A stretch of 20,964 nucleotides of DNA from Candidatus Dadabacteria bacterium (GTDB lineage: Bacteria; Desulfobacterota_D; UBA1144; Nemesobacterales; CSP1-2), in assembly GCA_040289575.1 (NCBI GenBank), contig PSLL01000003.1, positions 1 to 20,964 on the forward strand, written 5' to 3'. Positions 1 through 10,000 of the stretch are shown piece after piece (the first letter of the stretch is position 1; each line of letters opens with the position of its first letter). A model generated the notes under the pieces. It searched no databases and was not told the origin of the DNA. It worked only from the letters and a program-made list of their open reading frames with translations. Made by a program: the position numbers and the translations under genes.

Positions 1-540
1 GTATCTTTTTGCTATGCTCACTACCAACCTTAGATTCGCCTTTACAAACCTCTCCCTCAGCTCCTTTGCCTTTTCTGAATAGGCTCTCATAAAGCCGTTG
101 AGTCTGTTTATACGCTTTGACAATGACTTTCCATTGCCGTTTTGATGACCGTTTTTATCCGAGGCTCTTTTGCTTTTTCCATTCTTTCTCTTTGAGAGCT
201 TATCAAGAATTGTTCTTATTTCTCTTGCCTTTGCCTCGCACTTCTTTATCTTTGCCGATACCTCTATCTCTTCCTTAGATGTAAGGAGTGACTCTGCTCC
301 CATATCCTTAAAGTAGACATAAAGGAGTCTGAACTGCTCATCCGGTATCCATTGCTCCTCTTCATACTCTGTAGAGTCTAACCCCTTAGGCTCGAGCTCA
401 GCTCCGGACTCTACTATATTGAGTATTGGATCGTCTTCAATATCAAGAGGCACTAAGGTCTCTTCATCCTCTTGAACAAACTCCCCAAGGTCATTTACTC
501 CCGCAGTCGTTTCTTCATATTCTATGTCCTTTATCTCCAT
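1..540 (-). CDS. RNA polymerase sigma-70 family factor (RpoD/RpoS-like), N-terminal 180 codons, runs off window start
   Basis: Hand translation from ATG 540: acidic N-terminus (MEIKDIEYEETT...), region 1.2-like LLYVYFKDMGAESLLTSKEEIEVSAKIKK, then region 2.1 ERFVKANLRLVVSIAKRY at the edge. GGAGG 14 nt upstream of the ATG. Absent from ORF track because no stop lies in the window. Confidence 0.93.
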   Translation of the reverse strand, partial: MEIKDIEYEETTAGVNDLGEFVQEDEETLVPLDIEDDPILNIVESGAELEPKGLDSTEYEEEQWIPDEQFRLLYVYFKDMGAESLLTSKEEIEVSAKIKKCEAKAREIRTILDKLSKRKNGKSKRASDKNGHQNGNGKSLSKRINRLNGFMRAYSEKAKELRERFVKANLRLVVSIAKRY

Positions 541-644
541 CTCTTATCTCTATTCCTCCAATTCTTAAAATACGGAGAACATATTTATAAATAGCCTAGA
601 TTCTATTTGCTCCGCATTCATATGCTAAAAAGGTTTGAAGAGCG

Positions 645-818
645 CTATCTATTAAACAGGGTAAAATAATTATCAAAGGATGAGAAAGCCCTCTCAGCTT
701 TTCTCCGTGAGGAGTTTATAGTCTCTTTTATGAACTTATCTGAAAGAAATAGGGCGAACTCAAAGCCGTTCGGATAATTTCCGCACTCGTTTTTTAAAAC
801 CTCATTTCTCTCAGTCAT
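645..818 (-). CDS. Small hypothetical protein, 57 aa (MTERNEVLKNECGNYPNGFEFALFLSDKFIKETINSSRRKAERAFSSFDNYFTLFNR)
   Basis: Open frame ATG 818 to TAG 645; strong SD (AAGGAGGGAGGAT-ATG); first ORF downstream of a consensus promoter; below the length of anything in the ORF track. Confidence 0.6.
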   Translation of the reverse strand: MTERNEVLKNECGNYPNGFEFALFLSDKFIKETINSSRRKAERAFSSFDNYFTLFNR

Positions 819-842
819 ATCCTCCCTCCTTGATTCAAACTC

Positions 843-871
843 AATATACTATCGCTGAAAATACCTGTCAA
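843..871 (-). promoter_or_regulatory. Sigma-70-type promoter TTGACA-N17-TATATT
   Basis: Minus strand: TTGACA 871-866, 17-nt spacer, TATATT 848-843, pointing at the 57-aa ORF and sigma gene. Confidence 0.75.
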
Positions 872-876
872 GGGCT

Positions 877-894
877 TTTTCGCAAATGCGAAAA
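877..894. promoter_or_regulatory. Inverted repeat TTTTCGCA-AA-TGCGAAAA, probable transcription-factor site
   Basis: Perfect 8-bp arms with 2-bp spacer, 5 bp upstream of the -35 box; no U-tract follows on either strand, so not terminator-like. Confidence 0.55.
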
Positions 895-993
895 CGTATT
901 TCCGTTATTTCCTAGAAAAAATTGCACAAGTATATTTGCTCTACGCACTCGCTAACAGTGAAATAAAAGTTGAAACGAGATTTTCAACTAGGC

Positions 994-1569
994 TTATTGT
1001 CTATTTAATTCCTCTACAATAGCTTCCATACCCTCTTTCTTTTGAAAAAGGGAGGCGAAATCCAGGGCCTCTTCTTTTGTCTTGAATTTTCCCACCCTTA
1101 TAAGGTTCCAGGCCCCCCCTCTTGAGTTATAGGTAGGAACAATATAGGCGTCGTAGCCCTTTTCCTTCAGTTCATTTGCGATCCTTTGTGCCCTTTCGAT
1201 CCCCTTGAATGCCGCAACCTGGATTGTGTATTTATTGATCTCTGTCTCAACATCAATCTTGGATTCGCCCAGTGGTTTTAATTCTTGTGGTTTAAATTCC
1301 TCCGCGCCTTTTAATGGTTTTGTAACTGCCGTTGCAATGCTCAACTGGTCTTCTTTAGAGGGCTTTTTTTCATACACTTGAACGCGTGCCTCTGGGCTGG
1401 CAGTGTTGGTTTCTCTTTTCTCAGCAGATTGAATATTTGATTCTTCTATTCTCATTCCGACGAAGACACCGAGGGCGAACGCAATGAGGAGTGTAAAAAA
1501 AAATGTAAATCCACTTACACCACCTCTGGCGGGTTTTGTCAGTATCAGTTTGGGTTTTAATCTATTCAT
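994..1569 (-). CDS. SPOR-domain membrane-anchored protein (FtsN/DedD-like peptidoglycan binding)
   Basis: N-terminal TM segment (FTFFFTLLIAFALGVFVGM), polar linker, C-terminal SPOR signature YTIQVAAFK...AQRIANELKEKGYDAYI...IRVGKFKTKEEA. Start moved to ATG 1569 because the track's 1641 start lies inside the tRNA. Confidence 0.88.
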   Translation of the reverse strand: MNRLKPKLILTKPARGGVSGFTFFFTLLIAFALGVFVGMRIEESNIQSAEKRETNTASPEARVQVYEKKPSKEDQLSIATAVTKPLKGAEEFKPQELKPLGESKIDVETEINKYTIQVAAFKGIERAQRIANELKEKGYDAYIVPTYNSRGGAWNLIRVGKFKTKEEALDFASLFQKKEGMEAIVEELNRQ

Positions 1570-1597
1570 GGTGCAATCACCTGCCACTAGGTATCGC

Positions 1598-1685
1598 TGG
1601 TGCCGAAGGGGGGATTTGAACCCCCACGGACTCTCGCCCACTGGATCCTGAATCCAGCGCGTCTGCCAAATTCCGCCACTTCGGC
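1598..1685 (-). tRNA. tRNA-Leu (anticodon CAG), CCA encoded
   Basis: GCCGAAG/CTTCGGC acceptor stem + ACCA, D arm TGGCGGAATTTGGCAGACGC, anticodon arm CTGGA-TTCAGGA-TCCAG, long variable arm, T loop GTTCAAATC. Confidence 0.97.
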
Positions 1686-1819
1686 ATCTAAATTCTCTAA
1701 CGCTTCACAATTATTATAAGTCAGATTTATCATCTTTAGACTAGCTCCATAAAGTCTAATCCCGGCAGTAAATTTCGTCAAACGTACTATTTCCAGGTTC
1801 TAAATTCAGGTTGGACAGG

Positions 1820-2945
1820 CTATTTATCCAAGTCTCTTAGAGCTGAAAGAAATGTGTCCACATTCTTGCGCCTGCATGTCTCGCCCATAAGGCCGATTCT
1901 CCAGATCTTTCCCTTCGTATTTCCAAGCCCTCCGCCGACCTCAATGCCGTATTCGTCAAGGAGTTTTCTTCTCTTCTGAGCATCATTGAATCCGCTGGGA
2001 AGCACCACCGAGGTTAACATTGGGAGTCTGTGTCCATCTCTAGCAAATAGTCTCCATCCCAACTCCATAATTCTGGATTTCAGGTAATCGCCCAGTATTT
2101 GATGGCGCTTAAACCTCTCTTCTAACCCCTCTTCGATTATAATTCTCAGACCTTCCCTCAGAGCAAAGAGCATGGAGATTGGAGCCGTATGATGATAAAA
2201 CCTCTCTTCACCCCAGTACCTTTCAATCATGTTCAGGTCTAAATACCAACTCTGGACCTTTGATCTTTTTAAATGCATCACATGAACCGCTTTTTCACTT
2301 AAGGTAATTGGGGCAAGTCCCGGCGGAACGCTCAGGCACTTCTGTGTCCCACTATAGCATATGTCAATTCCCCATTCATCCACATTTAATTCACATCCCC
2401 CAAGAGATGTTACGGCATCTACCAAAAAGAGCGTCTCCGTATTCTTGAGGAACTTTCCTATATCTTCGAGTGGCTGTTTTGCACCTGTAGAGGTCTCAGC
2501 ATGGACTATAGCAAACACCTTTGCATCGGGGTGTTTTTTTTAGTGTATCAATTATTCGGTTTGGATCAATTATATCTCCCCACTCCCCATCAATCCGAAT
2601 CACATTTGCTCCACATCTTGAGGCAACATCAGCCATCCTCTCCCCAAATGCCCCATTGATTCCAATTACCGCTTTATCTCCGACGTCCAGGATATTGACA
2701 AATGACGTTTCCATTCCCGCGCTACCCGTTCCAGAGATCGGGATCGTAAGCTTATTTGCGGTCTTAAAAACGATCCTTAACATCGCGCAGACTTCATCCA
2801 TGATTTTCATAAATTCGTGATCTAGGTGGCTGAGTATAGGAGTTGTCAATGCCCTATAGACCCGGTAGGGGATATTACTCGGTCCCGGCCCCATCAGAAT
2901 CCGTTCAGGTGGTTTAAGTTCGTCAAACTCTAGAGTGCTTTCCAT
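1820..2945 (-). pseudogene. Alanine-glyoxylate / serine-pyruvate aminotransferase (class V PLP), split by a +1 frameshift (real lesion or assembly error)
   Basis: ORF 2496..2957 has LMGPGPS, ISGTGSAGMET, NGAFGERM; ORF 1820..2518 has VHAETSTG, LVDAVTS, SGTQKCL (PLP Lys), WRIGLMG. Removing one A from the A8 run (T 2534-2541) joins them as LKKHPDAKVFAIVHAETSTG. ATG 2945 follows GGAG. Confidence 0.88.
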
Positions 2946-3061
2946 TTTAATCTCCAAGGATTTTTATTGAAGAAGATATAGATTAAATGAAATTTAAAAA
3001 AGATCACGTGCTTAATCTGTTTTCAACCTAAACAGGTGTTATGGGTGTATAATTAGGGATT

Positions 3062-3655
3062 ATGAACAAACGAATTACAGGTAATGCCAAGGGTTCAATA
3101 TTCATTCATATTAGGGATTATATAATAAAGGTGTACGGCTGGGAAATTTGGGAAGAAATACTGAGCCATCTTTCTCAATCAGATAGAGATATATTTGGGG
3201 GACAGCTTAATAAACACGGCTGGTATCCGGCTCCTGTCATAAATCGTCTGATTAACGTTTGTGATAATATGTTTGGAGAGGGGAATTTTAAGTCCATAGT
3301 GCCGATTGTTGAATATATTGCCCAACAAGACCTTGCCCCGGTTTTTGACATATTTGTCAATCTGAGTCCATTTTTTGTGCTGAGCAGTGCGCCCTCTCTG
3401 TGGAGAAGGTATTTCGATACAGGGGAGGTAAAGATAGAAGTGTCAGATGAGATCAATAGGCATTTTAGGCTCATTCTTGAGGAGATTGCCGATGAGAACA
3501 GTGTTTCAGGTCGAGCAATCTGCACGTACGCTAATCCTACATGGCTCAGAATCACACTCATTATGGCCGGGGCAGAAACGGTAACTATGAGCCATGTCGA
3601 GTGCCGTTACAAAAATGCCTCATCGTGTGTGCTTGATATATGGTGGGATAAATAA
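3062..3655 (+). CDS. Hypothetical V4R / H-NOX-like (DUF2378/TIGR02265-like) single-domain protein
   Basis: KGSIF...YG..WEEIL...WYP N-terminal pattern, LWRRYFDTG, and C-terminal HVECRYKNASSCVLDIWW resembling the V4R C-x7-C-x4-W end. Family call from recalled pattern. Confidence 0.6.
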   Translation: MNKRITGNAKGSIFIHIRDYIIKVYGWEIWEEILSHLSQSDRDIFGGQLNKHGWYPAPVINRLINVCDNMFGEGNFKSIVPIVEYIAQQDLAPVFDIFVNLSPFFVLSSAPSLWRRYFDTGEVKIEVSDEINRHFRLILEEIADENSVSGRAICTYANPTWLRITLIMAGAETVTMSHVECRYKNASSCVLDIWWDK

Positions 3656-3693
3656 TTTATTACTCCAAAAGGCCGCGAGTAAATGTATCAAAT

Positions 3694-4818
3694 TTAAATC
3701 CTGAATCTCTTCGGATACCTGGTGAGATTCACACATCCACCTTTTTTTACAACCACAACGTCCTCTATTCTTACGCCGCCCAGCTTTTCATAGTATAGTC
3801 CCGGTTCAACCGTGATTACGTTTCCCTCCTTGAGAATAGTATCTGTAAGACCCACTCTTGGAGGCTCGTGGATTTCAAGTCCCAGTCCATGCCCCGTTGA
3901 ATGAATAAACCCCTGCTGTTTTCCGTCTATCATTCCAGTTTCGAAACCGGATTCTTTGAAAAACTCTAATATTGTCCCATGAATGTCCTTTACCTTTGCG
4001 CCGTGTCTTATGAGACTGAGTCCGAGCCTTTGACCCTTAAGAACTGTCCGATACATTCTTTCTAAATCTTTAGACGGCTCGCCTTTCACTACGGTTCTCG
4101 TCATGTCTCCAAAATACCCGCTTTCCTGAGACCTAGGGAATATGTCAATTACAATCGGCTGATTCGCAAAAAGAGGTCCTTCTCCTCTGTGATGTGGCAT
4201 AGAAGAATGGATTCCACAGGCAACGATTGTGTTTGAAGCGGTACATCCGAGCCTTGAAAGCTCCGAGTTTATCTCGCCCTTTATCATCTCAGATGTGAGA
4301 AGAGAGCCGTTTAGGAATAATTTCCCATCCTGAATCTTAGATGAAGAGATCATATTGATAGCTAGCTCCATTGCCTTTTTGGTTTTTCTGAGGGAGTCAG
4401 ATATAAGCCTTACTTCCTCTGGTGTTTTTTTCATTCTTTCCTCAAAGAATAGTCCTTCTTTACACCTAATCCTGTATCCGAGTTCTCTCAATTCATCTGC
4501 GTATTTTATAGGAAAATCCCCTGGAACAAGCGCGCTCTTTATTCCACGTTCTTTAAAAACGATATTTACAATATCGGCGAATCCCGCTTGTTTACGCTTC
4601 CTGGATGGAAGTTTTTTTCTGTACTCAGAGAAAGAAAGAACCTCATCTACATCCGCCTCTTCTTTTCCTCTATCTAACTCAAGGTCGCTTAGAATAATCG
4701 TTTTTTTGCCTCTATTCTCAATAAAAATAATGGGGTCTGGAGCAAAAAAACTCGTTCTATAGAGGAGGTCTGCACTATTTTCGCTTGATGCGATTATAAG
4801 CAGGGTGTCGTGTTTCAT
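3694..4818 (-). CDS. Xaa-Pro aminopeptidase/dipeptidase (M24B)
   Basis: Metal-ligand motifs VIDIFP, GDMTRT, HSTGHGLGLEIHEPP, TVEPGLY, GVRIED. Confidence 0.95.
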   Translation of the reverse strand: MKHDTLLIIASSENSADLLYRTSFFAPDPIIFIENRGKKTIILSDLELDRGKEEADVDEVLSFSEYRKKLPSRKRKQAGFADIVNIVFKERGIKSALVPGDFPIKYADELRELGYRIRCKEGLFFEERMKKTPEEVRLISDSLRKTKKAMELAINMISSSKIQDGKLFLNGSLLTSEMIKGEINSELSRLGCTASNTIVACGIHSSMPHHRGEGPLFANQPIVIDIFPRSQESGYFGDMTRTVVKGEPSKDLERMYRTVLKGQRLGLSLIRHGAKVKDIHGTILEFFKESGFETGMIDGKQQGFIHSTGHGLGLEIHEPPRVGLTDTILKEGNVITVEPGLYYEKLGGVRIEDVVVVKKGGCVNLTRYPKRFRI

Positions 4819-4995
4819 GAAAAAACTATACCATAGAATAGTGAGTCTTATATAAAGACAGTCATTCGGATGTCAAGAATCAAATTTTGCTTAAGTCATA
4901 GATTATCTCAGTTGATCAAAGGTTAAGTACAAATCTATTTTTGATCATTCCAAATTTCTATGAGTAATGCCGTTTGGTTTAGGTATACTGTTTTT

Positions 4996-6945
4996 ATGCC
5001 ATACGAAGATGAAAGAAAAAGGGTTGTCATAGAGAGAGTAACCCCAGAAATTGACTGCGGTCGGTTTCCCATAAAGAGAGTCGTTGGAGAGAGGGTTTTG
5101 GTCGAGGCCAGTGTATTTGCCGATGGTCACGATTCGGTTTCAGCAAGGCTTCTTTACAAAAAGAATGGAAAGAGACAATGGAGAGAAGTTCGGATGACCT
5201 TTGTTGAAAATGATAGGTGGAGAGGAGAGTTTATTGTTGATGAGATTGGAATCTATCTCTATACAATTGAAGGATGGGTTGACCATTTTAAGACATGGCA
5301 GAACAATATCAAAAAGAAATTCGATGCCGGTCAGGACATCAAGATTGATATGCTTACGGGAATAGGGTATGTAGAGCAGGCTTTAAAGAGGGCTTCGGGA
5401 ACCGACAGAAGGAAACTCACAGGTATTGGCGATTCATTAAGGGGAGATACGGAAGAGGCAATCTCTGCTGCTCTCGACGATGAATTCATCAAATTAATGG
5501 ATAAATACACGGATATGAGATTTGCCACAAATTATGGAAAGGTGCTTCGTGTTGTGGTAGATCGAGAAAAAGCCGTCTTTAGCGCGTGGTATGAGCGGTT
5601 TCCAAGGTCGTGCTCCACGGAGCCGGGCAGACACGGAACATTCAAGGATTGTGAGGCGATACTTCCGGAGATATACAGAATGGGGTTTGATATTCTATAT
5701 CTGCCCCCCATCCATCCGATTGGAAGGACAAACCGCAAGGGTAAGAATAACTCGCCAATTGCGGAGCCGAATGATGAGGGCAGTCCTTGGGCGATAGGCT
5801 CGGATGAGGGCGGGCATAAGGCAGTCCACCCTAAGCTCGGAACCATTGAGGATTTTGAGAATTTGGTGGCCAGGGCAAAGGATTATGGGATAGAGATTGC
5901 ACTGGACATTGCATTTCAGTGCTCTCCCGATCATCCCTATGTTAGGAATCACCCAAAATGGTTTAAATGGCGTCCCGACGTAACGGTTCAGTATGCCGAG
6001 AACCCTCCCAAGAAGTATGAGGATATATTTCCTCTGAACTTTGAGACAGACAAATGGCATGAGCTTTGGGAGGAACTAAAGAGCGTGGTGGTTTTCTGGA
6101 TCGAAAAGGGTGTTCGGATATTTAGGGTTGATAATCCGCATACAAAACCATTTCGTTTTTGGGAATGGCTCATAAATGATATTAAGAGGAGTTATCCCGA
6201 CATTATCTTCCTCTCTGAGGCTTTCACAAGGCCTAGCGTCATGTATTACCTGGCTAAACTCGGGTTTACTCAATCATACACATACTTTGCATGGAGGAAT
6301 ACAAAGAAGGAGTTTATAGATTACCTTACAGAGCTTACTCAGACAGAGGTTAGGGAATACTTTAGACCCAACTTCTGGCCTAATACTCCGGATATCCTTG
6401 CAGGACCCCTTCAGTATGGAGGGAGGCATGTATTTATGATGAGGCTTATACTTGCCTCAACGCTTTCATCCAACTACGGCATATACGGGCCCGCATTTGA
6501 ATTATGCATTAATGAACCAATGCCGGGTAAGGAGGAGTATGCCAACTCAGAAAAATATGAGATAAAGAACTGGGATTGGAACAGCCCGGGGAATCTCAAG
6601 GACTTCATAGGGAGGGTCAATAGGATAAGAAAAGAGAATCCTGCGCTTCAGACCACGTGGAATCTCAGGTTTTATGAAGTGGACAATGATTATTTGATAT
6701 TCTATGCAAAATGGACTGAAGACCTATCAAACATAATACTCGTTGTGGTGAATCTCGATACAGTTTACAAACAATCGGGTTGGGTAAAGGTTCCTATAGG
6801 GGAATTGGGAATAGATTCTAATCGGTCGTATGTCGTTCATGATCTACTGAGTGATGAGAAATACGTCTGGTATGGAGAGAGAAATTACGTGGAGCTTAAT
6901 CCCTATAAGATTCCTGCCCATATTTTGAGGATTGAAAAGGGTTGA
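4996..6945 (+). CDS. glgE: Alpha-1,4-glucan:maltose-1-phosphate maltosyltransferase GlgE (C-terminal tail frameshifted; would end at 6977)
   Basis: VFADGHD, WYERFPRS, YLPPIHPIG, QCSPDHP, YAENPPKKYEDI, FRVDNPHTKP, LSEAFTRP, PNTPDIL. Start placed at ATG 4996 (MPYEDERKRVVIE); 4960 is the alternative. Confidence 0.96.
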   Translation: MPYEDERKRVVIERVTPEIDCGRFPIKRVVGERVLVEASVFADGHDSVSARLLYKKNGKRQWREVRMTFVENDRWRGEFIVDEIGIYLYTIEGWVDHFKTWQNNIKKKFDAGQDIKIDMLTGIGYVEQALKRASGTDRRKLTGIGDSLRGDTEEAISAALDDEFIKLMDKYTDMRFATNYGKVLRVVVDREKAVFSAWYERFPRSCSTEPGRHGTFKDCEAILPEIYRMGFDILYLPPIHPIGRTNRKGKNNSPIAEPNDEGSPWAIGSDEGGHKAVHPKLGTIEDFENLVARAKDYGIEIALDIAFQCSPDHPYVRNHPKWFKWRPDVTVQYAENPPKKYEDIFPLNFETDKWHELWEELKSVVVFWIEKGVRIFRVDNPHTKPFRFWEWLINDIKRSYPDIIFLSEAFTRPSVMYYLAKLGFTQSYTYFAWRNTKKEFIDYLTELTQTEVREYFRPNFWPNTPDILAGPLQYGGRHVFMMRLILASTLSSNYGIYGPAFELCINEPMPGKEEYANSEKYEIKNWDWNSPGNLKDFIGRVNRIRKENPALQTTWNLRFYEVDNDYLIFYAKWTEDLSNIILVVVNLDTVYKQSGWVKVPIGELGIDSNRSYVVHDLLSDEKYVWYGERNYVELNPYKIPAHILRIEKG

Positions 6946-7084
6946 AAATGGAAACGGATTTTGACTATTTTATGTGATAGAATTTAATAACATATTAGAT
7001 GTTGATACTACCTGAACCTTCTCCTCCTCAATTGGAGGGATATCCATAGATAAATCCCATGTTAGGTCAAGGAGACACCGTCCG

Positions 7085-10000
7085 ATGCCTCAGAATGAAA
7101 TCTATCTTGAAGATAATCCTCTATGGTATAAGGATGCCATAATCTATGAACTGCATGTCAAAGCCTTTTATGATAGCAACGGCGACGGAATCGGGGATTT
7201 CAAAGGGCTTACAGAGAAGCTGGATTATCTTGAGAGCCTCGGTATAACCGCTATATGGCTTCTTCCATTTTATCCGTCTCCTCTAAAGGACGATGGATAC
7301 GATATAGCGGATTACATGAATATACATTCACATTATGGCACTCTGAGGGATTTCAAGGAGTTCTTGCGTGAATCACATAAGAGAGGAATAAGGGTTATTA
7401 CAGAGCTTGTTCTCAATCATACATCGGATCAGCATGCCTGGTTTCAGAGGGCAAGAAGGGCAAAGCCAGGCTCTGTATGGAGGGATTTTTATGTCTGGAG
7501 CGATACACCAGAGAGATATAAAGACGCAAGGATAATATTCAAGGATTTTGAGACATCCAACTGGGCATGGGACCCTGTTGCAAGGGCCTACTACTGGCAC
7601 CGATTTTACTCCCACCAACCCGATCTGAACTATGACAACCCTCAGGTACAAAAGGCGATGTTTAGGGTGGTTGATTATTGGCTCGATATGGGTGTTGATG
7701 GTCTGCGTCTGGATGCGATTCCATACATATTTGAGAGGGAGGGAACAAACTGTGAGAATCTGCCTGAGACTTATGGGTTTTTAGAAACACTGAGGGCGCA
7801 TGTTGAGGCCAATCATAAGGATAAAATGCTCCTTGCTGAGGCAAACCAGTGGCCCGAGGATACGGCTGCATACTTTGGAAATGGGGATAAGTGTCATATG
7901 GCATTCTATTTTCCACTGATGCCGAGGATGTTTATGTCAGTTTGGATGGAGGATAGGTTTCCAATCATTGACATATTTGAACAAACCCCACAGATACCGG
8001 AGACATGTCAGTGGGCGCTCTTTTTGAGAAACCACGATGAACTCACACTTGAGATGGTAACCGATGAAGAGAGGGACTACATGTACAGGGTTTATGCGAG
8101 AGACCCAGTTGCCAGAGTAAATCTTGGAATACGTAGGCGTCTTGCGCCGCTTCTTAAAAACCACAGGCGAAAGATTGAGATTATGAATGTCCTTCTCCTT
8201 TCACTTCCAGGAACCCCGATTATATATTATGGGGATGAGATTGATATGGGAGATAACTACTACCTAGGAGATAGAAACGGCGTCAGAACCCCGATGCAGT
8301 GGAGTGCAAATAGAAATGCGGGATTCTCGAAGGCAAACCCTCAAAAACTCTACCTCCCCATCATAATAGATCCAGAGTATCACTACGAGGCTGTAAATGT
8401 TGAGAACCAGGAGAGGAATCAAGCATCCTCTCTTTGGTGGATGAGGCGGGTTTTGGCTATGAGAAAGCGTTTTAAGGCCTTCGGGAGGGGGAGCATAGAA
8501 TTTCTATACTCGGATAATCCGAAGGTCCTATCATTCATCCGTCAGTATGGAGATGAGACTATTCTTACTATAGTTAACCTCTCACGCTTCTCTCAGGCGG
8601 TTGAACTCGATCTTTCTAGGTTTTCAGGATGCGTTCCGGAAGAGGTATTTAGTAGGAACAAATTTCCTGTTATAAAGGATTCCCCTTATGTTATTACCCT
8701 GGGCTTTTATGGTTATTTCTGGTTCTTATTGCACAAAAAAGACGAGCCTATAACGATTGTAAGTGGGAAGGCTATTTCGGAGTTGAACGTTGAAGGAGGT
8801 TGGGCAACCGCACTTAGAGGAAGGGCAAAAGAGATACTCGAGGATGAAATACTACCATCATATATACAGGGTTGCAGGTGGTTCGGAGGAAAGGCGCGGA
8901 TTATTCAGAAGGTTGGGATCGTTGAAAATGTTCCTGTAGAAAGAGAAGGCTCTTCTCTTACACAAATGCTGTTTATTGAGGTTAGATATACCGAGGGTCT
9001 GCCCGATACGTATTTTCTGCCCCTGTCTTTTTCTTCTGGGGATGAGGCGCAGAGGATTATGAAAGAGAGTCCTCAAGCGGTTATTGCGCGCCTTAGAACC
9101 GAAGACGCTCAGGGAATTATATACGACGGCGTTTATAATGAGGAGTTTCGGAAGAATATCCTTTTGATGCTTCGGAGAAAACACATTATTCGGGGCCTCC
9201 AGGGGTATATTACCTTCTATCCTGGGGAATCTTTTAAAGACGATGAAAGAGAGCATCTACATTTAGAAAAATCACAGGTTCTTAAAGCGGAGCAAAGCAA
9301 TACGTCGTTTCTATATGGGAAGGAGTTTTTCTTTAAGCTCTATCGTCGCCTTGATGAGGGGATGAATCCGGATGTGGAGATAGAAAGGTTCCTTACCGAG
9401 AAGACATCTTTTATCAACATTCCCCCATTTGCAGGAGCCATAGAGTATAAAAGAGATAATGTCTCGATTGATTTTGGAGAATCGATCTATCAGCCGATTG
9501 TCATTGGGATGCTCCAGGGGTTTGTTCCCAATCAGGGGGATGCGTGGGGATATACGCTTGATTCTGTAAGGGGATATTTTGACAGGGTATTGTCAAAAAG
9601 ATATGAAATGGAGGAGATTCCAAAGGTTCCATCTAGGTTTTTAGATATGGCTTCAAGGGAAATACCCCTGCTTCTTCAGGAACTGATAGGAGGTATCTAC
9701 CTTGAGATGTCAACCCTTCTTGGAAGAAGGACGGGAGAACTCCACTTGGCTTTATCCTCCGATTCGGAAGACCCGAATTTCGCTCCGGAGCCTTTTTCAC
9801 TCCTCTATCAGAGGTCCCTTTTTCAGTCCATGGAGAGCCTTACAAAAAGGGTCTTTGAGCTTCTCAAGAAGAATTTAAAGAATCTAAGGGAAGGCCAAAG
9901 GGATGAGGCCAATAGGATATTGAATCTCAAAAAAGAGATAATAGATCGGTTTAGAGCCCTTTTGAATAAAAAGATATCAGCAATGAAGATAAGAATACAT

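Noticed and set aside
1598..1640. tRNA-Leu 3' end as an integration site
   Set aside because: No duplicate of the 3' end or integrase noticed in the window; flanking genes look like core genes.
1570..1781. ORF 1587..1781 and the 5' extension of the SPOR ORF to 1641
   Set aside because: Both read through the tRNA-Leu gene; translation artefacts.
7023..7038. CCTCC-N6-GGAGG hairpin between glgE and treS
   Set aside because: Only 5-bp stem, single copy, no U tract; too weak to call a REP element or terminator.
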